This document shows, piece by piece, positions 1 through 32,322 of a stretch of 64,000 bases of DNA (the stretch's first letter is position 1; each line of letters starts with the position of its first letter). Location: contig CAVNZM010000003.1 of NCBI GenBank assembly GCA_963693365.1, positions 1,213,506-1,277,505 on the forward strand, given 5' to 3'. The position numbers and the translations under genes are program-made. Under the pieces are notes generated by a model. That model did not search any database. It was given only the letters and a program-made list of their open reading frames with translations, and was not told where the DNA came from. Source of the stretch: Amoebidium appalachense. Taxonomy: Eukaryota > Protista > Ichthyosporea.

Positions 1-35
1 GGAGTGGGGGGGGGGGAGGGGGGGGGGGGGGGGGG

Positions 36-686
36 AGCGGCTCAAGAAGTTGGTTCAGGCCGGGGAACATGGGTGGAGGGGAGGGGGGGGGGGGGGGGGG
101 GGGGGCTGCGGACAGTGGGGGCTGGGGGCAGGGGCAAGGGGAGAGGGGAAGGGGGGCTGCTGGGGAAGTGGCTCAGGAAGTTGGTTCGGGGGGGGGGGGG
201 GGGGGGAAGAGAAAGGGTGGGGGCGGCGGCGGGGGGGCTTAGAAGAATGGTTCAAGGGGGGGGGGGGGTGGGGTGGGGGGGGGGGGGGGGGAGAGCTGCT
301 GGGGAGGGGGCTCAGGAAGTTGTTTCGAGGACGGGAGGGGGGGCACGAAGGGGAGGGGGGCAAGAGGTGGGGGGAGGGGAGGAGGGGGGGCTGCTGGGGA
401 CGTGGCTCAAAAAGTTGGTTCAAGGGGAGGGGGGGGGGGGGGAGGGGGGGGGGGGGGGGGGGGGGGGTGAGGGTGAGAAGGGGGCATAGCTGCTGGGGAA
501 GTGGCTTAGGAATCTGGTTTCCGGGGGGGGGGGGGGGGGGGGGTGGGCTCTGGGGAAGCGGCTCAGGAAGTTGGTTCAAGGGGGGAGGGGGGGGGAGGGG
601 GCAAGGGGGGGGGGGGGGGTGGCTGCTGGGGAAGTGGCTCAGGAAGTTGGTTCAAGGGGGGGGGGGGGGGGGGGGGGGGAGGGGAA

Positions 687-721
<35 letters not shown>

Positions 722-972
722 GGCTGCTGCTGGGGAAGTGGCACAGGGAGTTGGTTCAAGGGGGGGGGGGGGAGGGGGGGACAGGGCAAGGGGGGGGGGG
801 GGGAGGGGGGTGGGGGGGGGGGGGGTTGCGGCTGCTGGGGAAGTGGCTCAGGAAGTTGGTTCAAGAGGGGGGGGGGAGGGGGGGGGGGGCTCTGGAGAAG
901 TGGCTCAGGAAGTTGTTTCAAAAGGGAGGGAGGGGGGAGGGGGGCTGGAGAAGTGCCTGCGGAAGTGTGTTT

Positions 973-1005
<33 letters not shown>

Positions 1006-1090
1006 GATAGAGCGGGTGGGGGGTGAAATAGTCGGGGGGAGGGGGGGGGAGGCGGAGGGGGCTGGGGAAGTGCCGAAAGAAGTGTGGTCG
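36..1090. repeat. Array of ~35-bp units (GCTGCTGGGGAAGTGGCTCAGGAAGTTGGTTCAAG) separated by variable G-rich spacers
   Basis: About 11 recognisable copies starting near 36, 156, 237, 295, 390, 489, 547, 622, 727, 830 and 889, plus two degenerate copies near 943 and 1061. Confidence 0.9.
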
Positions 1091-1201
1091 GGGGGGGGGG
1101 GGGGGGGGTGGGGGAGGGGAGGGCCACAAACGTACACGCACACGTACATGTACACGCGTACACGCACGCATACACACACACACACACATTCTCTCTCTAT
1201 C

Positions 1202-1270
<69 letters not shown>

Positions 1271-1329
1271 CAACTTGCAGGCCCCCCCCTCCCCCCCCTC
1301 TCCCACACAGACACACACACACTTTCTCT

Positions 1330-1373
<44 letters not shown>

Positions 1374-1393
1374 GCACACACTACACACGCACA

Positions 1394-1460
<67 letters not shown>

Positions 1461-1766
1461 CTCCGACTTGGAGCCTCCCCCCCTCCCCCCTCTCCAAAAT
1501 TTCGTATTGGGCTTTGCTGATCAAGGATTTAATTATGCATACTCTTCTCTATGCTCACACATTACAAACAAACTGAAGTGCCTCAGTGTGTAACTGTCGT
1601 TTGCTGTCGTTTGCTGTGTAATTTGTAACCACCCCCCCCCCCCCCCCCCCCCCCCCCCCGCACACACACAACACACACACACACACATACCGGGCCCCTC
1701 ACACGCCCAACCGGCCCTGCGACACACAAACACACCCACACACAACACAAACATGCAAAAACACAA

Positions 1767-1797
<31 letters not shown>

Positions 1798-1825
1798 ACC
1801 ACCCCTCCCTCCCCCCCTCTCCCAG

Positions 1826-2365
1826 GGTCGACATGCATGCGTGGAGAGAACTTCGCCAAACGAGACGATGCCGACTCCAATATTGCACGCCCGGTTCACG
1901 TTCCTCGTGTGCGAGGAAAGGTGTCGGCTGTTGCAGTGCCTGAGTGTTTGTGCCTCAGCTGTAATATCCCGCGAGGCCGGCACAACCAGCGACCCTGGAA
2001 GCTACAGCGTACGGACAACAGTCGCAGCCCAGCAAGGAGCATAGAAGACAGGCACTTAGGGGCACACCTCCGTGTGTCCGGGGAAGTGACTTCCTTATTA
2101 CCGTTAGTAAACCACAGTGACTCCTTTGCACCGGCAAGTGGACGGTGGTCGAGAACATTGTCGCACGGACGATTGTCGACTCGATTCTGGCCAATGGTGA
2201 GTGTAACTCAACCCTCAGTGCATCTGTCACACACTACCAACAGCTTGAGTTTGTTACGAAAGCATTGTTTCAGCTCAATTTATGATGTTTCACCTCACAT
2301 ACACTGCCCCCCCCCCCTCCCCCCAATGCACGCATGCACACACTGGGGCGTGACACACACACACA

Positions 2366-2404
<39 letters not shown>

Positions 2405-2457
2405 TCACACGCGCACACACACGCACACACACACACACACACACACGCAGGCACTAG

Positions 2458-2502
<45 letters not shown>

Positions 2503-2705
2503 CACGCACACACACACCGCCTCACCTGGCAATTCGAACACCCCCCATTGATGAATATTAAGACTGATTTACCACCCATGCCCCCGCTCCCACCTCTATT
2601 CCTCCCCCCATTCCCCCCACCCCGTGCCCAATTCGCTACATGCCTTGCAAACTTACCAACCCACATTGTTAACGGTTACGCATTTGCACACACACACACA
2701 CAGTG

Positions 2706-2765
<60 letters not shown>

Positions 2766-2804
2766 ACACACACCGACACACGCACACGCACACGTGCATG
2801 CGCG

Positions 2805-2900
<96 letters not shown>

Positions 2901-2952
2901 CACCGACACACAAACACGCACACACACGCACACACACACACACGTGCGCGTG

Positions 2953-2989
<37 letters not shown>

Positions 2990-3024
2990 TGGAGGTTGTT
3001 GTGGACCGTGTCCTGGATCTGTAA
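1826..3024 (+). other. Possible terminal exons of a gene or pseudogene with a fasciclin (FAS1)-like C-terminal motif
   Basis: Donor GTGAGT at 2197 and (CA)n-CAG acceptor at 2986 join in phase to give ...ARTIVDSILANG|VEVVVDRVLDL* (stop 3022-3024), resembling the FAS1 H2 motif NGVIHVIDxVL. An in-frame TGA at 2118 leaves the upstream structure unresolved. Confidence 0.3.
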
Positions 3025-3109
3025 GACATCATGTGCAAAATGTGCCCACAGTATTATATTATGATTTTGAGATGCCGCACTCGTTTTCGCTGGATCCTTA
3101 GTAGAATAG

Positions 3110-3400
3110 CTCCACCACCAGATTCCACCATACACCTACACCCACCCTAATCACCGCCAACACCACGCCCTACATTCCACCACCGTAGATGAACCAATGA
3201 GAGCCCGTGTTTAAAGTTTATTCGTAGGTTTTGAGCGGATGGGAAGCCTGGTGCTAAGTGATGCTACCCACCGGCGAGGCTGAGGCGAAAACCCTGGGCT
3301 AAGTGTGTACGACTGGCTATGTTATGATTGGTATAGGTGTGTCAGCTTAGCTGATGCCCAGCACCATAGCACCCTAGCTATAGAGTATAGTCGTGTGACA
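3110..3400 (+). mobile_element. 3'-end remnant of the RNase H-type LINE family also present at 43020-44599
   Basis: Shares blocks GTAGATnnACCAATGAGAGCCC, GTTTATTnnTAGGTTTTGA, CCGGCGwGGCTGrGG...CCCTGGGCwAAGTGTGTAC and AGCTTAGCTGA...ATAGCACC with the reverse complement of 43040-43215. Confidence 0.75.
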
Positions 3401-3418
3401 CTGTCACGGTATGCGTGT

Positions 3419-3456
<38 letters not shown>

Positions 3457-3789
3457 ATGCGTGCGTGCGTGCGCGTGCGCGTGCGCGTGCGCGTGCGCGT
3501 GCGCGTGCGCGTGCGCGTGCGCGTGCGCGTGTGCGTGTGCGTGTGCGTGTGTGTGTTGGTGGTGGTGTTGGTGGTGGTGGTGGTAACCGTTGCCATATGC
3601 CCATTGTGGTCGGGGGCGGAAGCACACTGTGAGGGGGGGCTCCTTTTTTTCTTTTTTTTTCCCCCGAGTCCCTGGGCCCTCCAGGCCTTCCCCCCCCCCC
3701 CCGCAGTGTCCCCCGTACCCGCATTTTGGCGGGAAATTTTCATCATTGTGTCATCCACGTACGTAAGGTGGCCCTCGTGATGATCAGGC

Positions 3790-4043
3790 GCCCAATCGAT
3801 TTCGTCCTCCAATCAACAGAAATCTTGCAATTCTATTGGTTGTGGGTGAATTTTTATTGACCAATCATATTCATCCTGAAGCCCCTTCTTGCATTTTTCC
3901 CCGTTCACTCTTCTTTTCACCTTCACAACACTTTTCGTTCTTTGTGTGCGTTTCCAACACTGTTTCCAACGGAGTCCGAGATATATCGACGTCTATGTTT
4001 TGAAGAGGAAAACAAAGCAAATTTGTAGCGCATCCTAGCCTAG
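3790..4043 (+). promoter_or_regulatory. Putative promoter and non-coding first exon of the CLIP-170-like gene
   Basis: Four CCAAT/ATTGG boxes at about 3792-3866 in a microsatellite-free island, a donor CCTAG|GTAAGG at 4044, and an acceptor at 5010 just before ATG 5021. Confidence 0.5.
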
Positions 4044-4962
4044 GTAAGGGTTTCAGGTTTCTGCCTGTCATTTTTGGCTGTGGACAAAGGGGTCTGTGGC
4101 GGACGAACGTTGGATCTCAAGGATCTTGGGGGGTTTGTGAGATCTCCGGAACAGCTGACTTTGTTTGTTGTGGTGTGCAACTGTGCGTGGGTGTGCGCTT
4201 GTACAAGTGTGCTTGCGAATGCTTTTGCACGCTTCTTAGTGTGTGGAAGATGGGGAACGGGGGGAGGGGCTCGGAGGTGCGTGCTGTTGAGCTGTTTACT
4301 CATGCGTGTGTGGGTGGGGGGATGGGTGGGTCTGCGTGACAGTGTGTAGGTGTGTGCTTCAGGTGGATGAAACGAGCTCTTGAGGGCCGATGTGCTGTTT
4401 TGTGTATAAAACTTTGGTTAGGTACAAGTCAAAATCTGTGTGTTGGCTTGTGTAAAGATGGGTGAGTGAGTAGAGGTACCTGGTCTCTAGGGTACTTGTG
4501 TGCTTTGTGAGGAGGGGAGAAATGGGGTGCCTTTGACGAGTGGTTTAGCCCTTAAGAGAGGTTTGTCTGTGCGGAAGTTGACAGTGTGTGGCCTTTCCCC
4601 CCCCCCCCCCCTCCCCCCCAACCACCACCACCATTACCACCATGGTCTTTTCTCCCGTTATCTCGTTTCCCTGCCACCTTTGTGTCTTTTGCTCTCTCCC
4701 TAGGACAAAAGAGCCACTGACTTCTGCCTTTGCATCCACTTGAGTCTCCCTCCCCCCCCCGCCCCCCCCCCCCTCCCCCCCTTGCCTCCCTCCCCCCCCC
4801 CCCCCCTCCCCCCCCCCCCCCCCCCCCCCGCCCTTCAATCCGCTCACCACTCCACTACCTTTTCTACTCTCCCTCCCCCCCCCCCCCCCCTCCTCCCCGC
4901 CCCTCCCCCGCCTGCCCACACACGCGCGCACACATACACACACACACACACACATACACACA

Positions 4963-4999
<37 letters not shown>

Positions 5000-5020
5000 C
5001 CAACACACAGTTACGCGGCC

Positions 5021-23484
<18,464 letters not shown>

Positions 23485-24661
23485 GGGGGAAAACACCGTT
23501 ACCTATCATTGTATAGTAATGTGATACAGCGGACATATAGTTCATACAGTTTGGATATCTGTAAATTGTTTTGGTGAAAAATGCGGTTGAAGTAGGTTAG
23601 AATGTGTACCTTGAAAACACTCATTTTGCTAGTGGGGGGAAAATTAGCGCACTCACACACCGATGCACAACGGCTGTGTGGCAAACAAAATCCATATATA
23701 CGAGACATATTTGCACTGAATCACACACACTTTCATATTACAGTGTTGTTTGTTAGTTTTAATACACCAAGATGATGGTGTTCGTTTCGTTAGGGTGATT
23801 GTGGCAAATATGTTCCGTTCACTTTCTTTGTTTGTTTGTTTGTTTGTTTGTTTGTGTTTGTTTTTTTTGTTTGTTTGTTTGTTTGTTTTGTTTTGTTTTT
23901 TTCAAAGTCTCCCCCGTATGACTGGTTTTTCCTGTTTTCCCGGCCTGTTACAGACCGTACATTTTGCTGCATGTAAACATTCATGTATATTCCTTCTCTT
24001 TTTTTTAGTTTTATATATTTCTTGGTGAACATTCCATTGTTAACATTCTGTTTGCTTGGCACCTTGCAGTTTGATATATTCGTTTATTGGCGATATGTAG
24101 TTTTAGACGTCATGTTGTTAGTACTGCCGGCGGATTTTTGACTAGTTGTGCACGTAAGGTTCTTATGTAATGTATATTGTAAATGCAAGTGATGCTGTTA
24201 CTGTATAAAAGATCAAACGTGTATGTAGCACAAGTAAAGTACTTCGAAGAGGGCAGGGCAATATCAATAAATCATAATTTGAAATTTGCGGCATTGTATA
24301 TATGCGCATGCTATATGATTGCCATGATAAGTTTTGGTTGCTTTAAGCTTTGAGTAATTTAAAACAGCGTAAATCCCGGAGCGTGTCAACAACTCAGCAG
24401 TTTATATTTGAGGTTGGCCTCCAAGTCCCACACTTCTTCAGGGTTTTTTTATATATTTTTTATCGTCCGTTCAGAAGAACCCCTTTCATAAAACCATATC
24501 GCAGACTACTATTTTGTATATGGTTCAAGTTAGTAGGTTTTTGCCAAATTTGGTTATCGTGCAATGTGTTAGCACACATGCATCATCCATGTCGCCCGGT
24601 GGTAGGCCCGTGCTATCGGTCTTGAAGTAGTGGTGCACGTGGTGGCTTAGGGGTGTGTACA

Positions 24662-24724
<63 letters not shown>

Positions 24725-26709
24725 GTGTGTGTCTGCACATGCATGCATCATTGTGTGTGTGTTTTTGTGTCTGCGTGCGCGTCTGTGTGTGTGCGTGTGT
24801 GTGTGTGTGTGTTGTGTGTGTGTGACTGTGTGTGTGTGCGATTGTGTGCGTGTGTGTACATGTGTGTGTGTGTGGGGGGGGGGGGAGGGGGGGGGGGGGG
24901 GGGGGGGGGAGCACTCCGGATCCATTTGTACACCCATATAAAAACTACTTAAGCCATGAGGCTTCGGAGCTAGAACCAAAACAAACCGTACAACTTGGCA
25001 GACTACTAGTACAAGCACACACAACATGTGCTGAGGCCGTAACGTGAGAGCCGCTGGCAAAAAAAAAAAAAAAAAAAGTTTGTGTGTATACATGTGACGG
25101 TGTGTGCCACGAGATGTGTGTGGGGGGGGGGGGGGGGAGGGGGTGGGGGGGAGAAGGGGGGGGGGGGGGGAGGGGAGGAGGAGGATTGGGGGGGGGGGGG
25201 GGGGGGAGGGGGGGGAGGGGGGGGGGGGGGGGGGGGCTACACTACACACTAGGTCGGGTATAGAGAGTTTAAACGTGTGTAAGGTGGGTGCGCCGGCATT
25301 GGAAACAGAGTTGAGCAGTGAGATAGCGGTGAGGTGTTGTGCAGGGTGACGACCTAGGCTGGATCGCCTTGTGGCAATTGAGCCTCTGAGACTAAAGAAA
25401 ACTGAAATTGCAATGGCATAGGTCATCAGGTATGGTGACGTCACTATGTAGTACTTTGCTCGTGACGTCAGCATCTGTGTATCGAGTGTTCGACACAGGA
25501 ATTTTATCTCTATGCATATGCACGTTTGCAACCCAACATGTACAGTTTCCGAGGTGAAGTTCAAAATGCATATACGTAGTAGATAACTATATCATGTAGG
25601 TTTTATAATTATTATTTTTCTTCTTTCTTACTTGCAGGTAGGACTCGGGGAGCCGGTGGCTCCGCGGCTTCATTCATGTGCAGTGTCATGCGCTGCGCAC
25701 GCACCTTCAAATTTTAAAAGAGGCAGGACAATGCATGACGTCATCTGCATTAGCACATTCCAATGATCGTTTTATTTCGAATAGTTTCAGAGTTTTCTAA
25801 ACGAATTGTTCTTCCCTCGAGCTCAGCCTCTAGAGTAGAACTGAAGAGAGACATTGTCACGCTCGGAAGTAGAATCAAGACAAAACTCTGCACCGTAGCA
25901 AAAACGCTACTACACCTAGAGTTTTGTTTTTCCTTCTTTTTTTTTCTAAATCCTTTCTTGTTGACGCTAGGGGAACGATGATGCCAGACGTGGAGATTGT
26001 GCACATCCATCTGTGCCCATGAGCATGTACCAGTCACCATAGATTTGGGCCCGGCCACTTACATATTGAAGTAGGAACAGCCTCACATGGTTCATGTTAT
26101 TTAGGCACACATACCATGTCACATTCGCGACGTGGGTTGGCAATTGGGACGTGGTCCGCATAAATTCGAAACATCAGCTTGGACAGGCGGGGTGTGTCTC
26201 TCTGTTGCAAGTTACTGACAAGGGTTGAAAAAAAGATGTTTGTAAAGCTAAGTATGTGCCCCCCTCCCCCCTCTCCCCCCCGCTTGCCCGCTTTGTTCGA
26301 GCCTCCTCCTTACTTACCCTTCCCGTCCCGAGCCGACCTCCTTCGAAATCCCGTGAGGAATGTGCTTAAATTATCTCAAAATCATTTCCCTGCCTCTAGC
26401 AGTAGGGAAAGACCTGTCACCGTTGTGTGTACATGCGGATAAAATGAAGCATCGACATGGTGATGTTGAGGGTATAACATATTACTGCAATATGATGAAT
26501 ACAGCATTAGGTGGCTCACTTACTTTGGTGTGAGGTACCATTCAGGGCATGCACACACAAAGCACTCTGTTTCTTTGCTGAAACCGCGCTTGCGTGCTGG
26601 CAGGCAGGCAGAAGATGTGTGTTCGTAGCGCACTACAAACCCCCGGAATATGCAGTCAGTTTCCCAGAGTCTCTTGTTAATCTGAATGCTCACCAGTTCT
26701 TTTCCACAG

Positions 26710-27623
26710 ATCTAACGGGGGGGCCGGCAAGGCTCATAGGCAGCCTTTCACTACGGCAGTTGGTTTTTGGGTTTTGTGCCATAACTCTATCTCTCTACAC
26801 GTATAAAAAATATGCGCACCATAATGACGCCGGTTTCGGCGCGTATACATCAGTACCGACGGAAAAGCTCTCTTCTCCGTTGTTTTTCGATGCTGCGGCA
26901 GGCATCAACAAAGCTTTTGCGCAGAACATGGACGCACATCTTGTAACACCACCCACACATGCACAACCATTTCACCCAACATCTTTGACACAAGAAGATG
27001 CCTTCTCCACTAAACCGCAAACATGGCTGCATCAATCACCTGGTTCTGATGGCGAGCAGGAGGATTACACGGGATATATTCGAGATATGCACGATGTTGT
27101 CGACAGAATTAACGGCACTTGGATAACCCCACACTGCTTCCTCCCTGAAACCCAACGGGACGATTTCGAGGCATTTATCCGGGATAGTATAAGACAATAT
27201 AACGACAGCCGGAGGGGAGATAACTCGAGCGAAATTCACCGGGATATATGCGTAAAGGGGCTGGAAGATAGACTACGCGACGAGTACGGCGGAGCGAATA
27301 ACCTATGCGATTTTTCGAGATATCGAATTCCCGTATTTCCAAATAAGGTATTTTGGCAAAAGGCCAGAAACGGTGGCTCTCCTGTTAAGCAACTGGCGGA
27401 TTTACGGCCGAGGATGTCTGAAATGCCGAGAATTGCGTTTTTTATTATGGTGTTTATGGACCCCGAACATGTACTGCACCTGGTGAAGAGGTGGGGTTTT
27501 TTGTATATGTTGAGTTGGAACCCCCCCCTCCCCCCCCCTTCCCCCCCCAAAGAAAACACACACACCCACTCCCCTAGAGGTGTGGGTGGGTGGGATGGGT
27601 GCGGGGGAGGGGGGGGGTGGGGT

Positions 27624-27655
<32 letters not shown>

Positions 27656-28213
27656 GGGGGGGGGGCAGGAAGAGAGAATGATGTCAGATATTTATTCATA
27701 AGAGCAATGCAGGTGGCTATTTGCTGCAACACCTCCCCTTCCCCCCCCCCTCCGCCCTCCCCCTCCCCCCCCCCCCCCCCCCCCCCTCTCGCCCACACAC
27801 ACACACACACACACATGGCCATCACTAAGAGACCTTCTGATTGTCAAGTTTATGTTCTTATTGGCTACGTGTGCGCTGTCATCCTGTTTTTCTTTCAAGT
27901 GTTTTTTTTTTTTTTTTTTTCCCTTTTGGGGCATCCGCCCGACCCCCTGCCCCTCAACCTCCCTCCACACACACGCTTGCACGCGTGCGCACACGCACAC
28001 ATCCACGCATACGCATATGCATACTCATTCACGTATACGCTTCGCGCAAACATGCACAGACACACGCAGGGACAGACATGCACACACGCGCGCGCGTGCG
28101 CGCGCACACACCCACCCACACACACACACACACAGTGCGTGTGTGAAATCACCAATTCTCCCTTCCTTCTCCCCCAGCCTCACATACACACACGCGCGTG
28201 TCCGCATACACAT

Positions 28214-28277
<64 letters not shown>

Positions 28278-28405
28278 GAACCATCCCTTCCCCCTTCTCC
28301 CGTCTCCTTTCTTTGCCCCCACCTGAACTCCCCCTCTCCCCTTCCCCCCCCCCTCCCCCCCCCCCACCTGAAACCCCCCCCTTCCCCCCCGCCCCCCGTT
28401 CTACA

Positions 28406-28476
<71 letters not shown>

Positions 28477-28655
28477 AACACGTTGCATATCTTTGCATGT
28501 GTGTATTACCATCTCCCGTTGTGGTTTTGCACTGCATGCAACATCCTAACTTCTTCACCCCTTCCCCACTTACCTCCCCCCGCCCGCTCCCTCCCCCCCC
28601 CCCCCCCCCCCCCCCCCGCCCGCTCCCCCTCCCCCCATACACGTGGGTGCACACA

Positions 28656-28725
<70 letters not shown>

Positions 28726-28818
28726 ACACACACACGTTTCTCTCCCCCCTCATCTTCCCAACCCTCATATTCCTCCCTCCCCCTTCGTCCTTCACCTCCC
28801 CCTTCCAACCCCCCCCCT

Positions 28819-28899
<81 letters not shown>

Positions 28900-29431
28900 A
28901 AACACACACACACACAGGCTCCACGACCCCCAACACATGATCATGCTCCAACTGAGCCCCTCCTCCGACCCAAATTTCAAAAACGCAATTCGCGAAGGGT
29001 TAAAACAGGGGGGTTTTTCCTATGAAAATGTGTTTGTGATTGAGTGGGGGGAGATGGTCTACGGTACGGCTATGGATGTGGAAGCTATTATGGCGGCAGC
29101 CCGGCACTATTTTACATACTGGAATGTGGGTGTACCCGAAATTCTCAGAAAACCACCCTTCTCCCCCCCCCCCCCTCCCCCCCCCCCCCCTCCCCCTTCC
29201 CCGGCACACACACAGCCCCCTTTTTCCGTGGAAACTTGTATTGGAGGCTGTAGGTGCCTCCCCCCCCCCCCCCCCCCCCCCTCCTCCTCCTTTCCGTCCA
29301 CCCTCCTCCTCCCCCCCCCCTCTCAACCCCTCCTCCCCTCCACTCTTCACCCTTTTTTGTGTGCCTTGGCACTCTGTGTTGTTTTGTCGTCATGAAGGGT
29401 TGGGCACTTACGTACTCAAAGTAGCTTTTTA

Positions 29432-29490
<59 letters not shown>

Positions 29491-30558
29491 CTCTAAAACA
29501 AAGAAGAAGAAAAAATATCCCCCCCCCCCCCCCCCCCCCCCCCTCCCCTCCCCACCCTGCCGGAGGAAAGAAAAGGAAAAGGGGGGGCAGGGGGGGAAGA
29601 AAGAAAAAAATACATGTGTCACCCATATCAATGTATAGTGCAACACGCTGTGCAGACCATTGATATCACACACCAACACAAATAGTTACCATCAGAGTTT
29701 TTCACGTTTCTTTTCTAATATAAGGCCCTCAGATGAGAGAGAAGGGTCGGTGTGGGGGGAGTTGCAGAAAACGGGGAGGGGGAGGTGGGGGGGGTTTTAA
29801 AAATAGCGAACACTTGGCTAACACCTAGCTCTCACACTGGGTCCATCCGAACAGGACTGGGACTTTTTCATTCCTTTGGGGGGGTCCGACTATTCTTCTT
29901 TCAACATCACCACCATCGCCTCCCTTCTCCACGAAGGGGGACCCAAAACGTGGGTTCAACCCGCGAATTTTCCGCTTTCTGTGATTGAAAGTAACCCCCA
30001 CACACCGGATAATGCCACGTGTTTGGACGGGGAAGATTCTAGAAACGAGGAGCCCCTTAAGTGGATTCAATACGACAGGGCGGAGAGGTGGAGCTATGGG
30101 TGTATGGCTGATAGGAAGGCGACAGAGCAGGTGTGTGTGTGTATGCGTGTGTGTGTGTGTGTCGTTGTGGGTGGGTGGGAAGAGGGGGGAGGGGGGGGGG
30201 GAAGAGTTTTGGGGGGGGGGGGATAGGGGGGGAAGACGGGGGGGGGGGGGGGAGGGGGAGGGGGGGATAGGGGGGGGGGGGGGGGGTAGGTGGATGTATG
30301 TTTGTGTGTGTGGATGGGTGGGGGTGGAGGTGGAGGGTTTGGGATTGTGGGAAGGGGTGGGGGTGGGGTGGGGTGTGGGTGGGTGGGGGGGGGGGGGGGG
30401 GGGGGGGGGGAGATTTGTATGTGTGCATGTGTGTGTGGAAGGAGGAAGGGGGGAGGGGAAGAGGAAGGGGTGGTGTGTTTCTGTAAGAAAGCAAAATGTA
30501 TGCACATGATGTGGCTGTGTGTGGGTGAGTGTGTTTCTGCATGTGGTTCTGAGCAGCA

Positions 30559-30639
<81 letters not shown>

Positions 30640-30970
30640 GATTTGTATGTGTGCATGTGTGTGTGGAAGGAGGAAGGGGGGAGGGGAAGAGGAAGGGGTG
30701 GCGTGTTTCTGTAAGAAAGCAAAATGTATGCACATGATGTGGCTGTGTGTGGGTGAGTGTGTTTCTGCATGTGGTTCTGAGCAGCAGGGGGGGGGGGGGG
30801 GGGGGGGGGGGGGGGAGGGGGGGGGGGGGGGGGGAGGGGGGGGGGGGGGGGGGGGGGGGGGCGGGGCTAGTGCACAAAGGGAAAAAGGAAGGGGACTGTG
30901 TAGGTCAAATGGAGTTTGTTTGTTTGTTTTTTTGTGGTGGGGGTTGGAGAGGGAGGGGGAAGGGGGGGAA

Positions 30971-31008
<38 letters not shown>

Positions 31009-31031
31009 ACGAGCGTTTTTTTTTTTTTTTT

Positions 31032-31077
<46 letters not shown>

Positions 31078-31292
31078 ATAATGATGGGGTGCAAGTAATT
31101 TTATGTTTTTGAAGTGTGTGGTTGGCCAGGGTTAGTCTGCTGAAGCGGTTGTGATGTACTGACCCTTTTCCCGTTACCTCCACCGCCACCACTCCACCCC
31201 GTTCCACATGCACACACGTATGTGCACGCACACACACACACGAACACACACGCACGCACACACACACGCACGCACGCACACACGCACGCACG

Positions 31293-31376
<84 letters not shown>

Positions 31377-31648
31377 TACTGGCGCAAACCGTGGTACCTC
31401 ACGCAACACGGCCACCAATGGTGCAAAACGTACCCCCTGAGCCATGGAATTTTCCACCGACGTACAGTGCGGGAAATGATAGAAAGTGAGGAAGGGCGGA
31501 AAGCCTATGCCTACTTTCGTGTCGTGGGATTTGCAGCCGTGGAGCATTACTGGGCTACATTTTTGCTGTCGAGAGGAAGGAGAGAGGGGCAGTTATTGAG
31601 AAAGGTGTGTGTGTGTGTTTGTGGGTGGGTGGGTGGGTGTGCGCGTGC

Positions 31649-31722
<74 letters not shown>

Positions 31723-31931
31723 CAGTGTGTGTATGTGTTGTTCTGTTGGCTTCATATTATTGCTCTGTGATTGAATTTTGGTTTCCGGATAATTGGACGT
31801 TCCTGGGGATGGGAACATGTGAGTGGCTGTGCCGATTGTGGTTGTGGTGGTGAGTTGGGGGTGAGGGTCTTGGGGGATTAATGGGGGGGGGGGGGGGAGA
31901 GGGGGTGGTTTGCGCCTTTTTTTTTTTTTTT

Positions 31932-31974
<43 letters not shown>

Positions 31975-32134
31975 GGATGACTTTCTAGGACTGTGAGCGA
32001 AAGGCTGGACATTATTTATCTTCCCCACAATGGGCCCTGCTTGGTACTTTGTGTGCTCTGCAATTTGCAGTGTGTTGCCTGTCATAACTTTGTGTTTCCT
32101 CCTCACTCTGTAACGCATTCTACCCCCCCCCCCC

Positions 32135-32165
<31 letters not shown>

Positions 32166-32272
32166 ACCTCCCCAAAAAACCCCCTATCACCACTGCCACC
32201 ACCACCACAAGTGGAGTCGTGCATGCTCGCGCAAACACATCCACACATCCACACATGCACAACACACACAAA

Positions 32273-32322
<50 letters not shown>

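Noticed and set aside
36-1090. CRISPR array, or gene for repeated amphipathic peptide LLGKWLRKLVQG
   Set aside because: Spacers are low-complexity G-runs, there are no cas genes and the context is eukaryotic; variable spacers put the unit in all three frames.
2118-2120. TGA recoding or alternative genetic code to rescue the FAS1-like frame
   Set aside because: TGA, TAA and TAG all terminate well-supported genes here (23482, 32524, 39927); a different acceptor or pseudogenisation is simpler.
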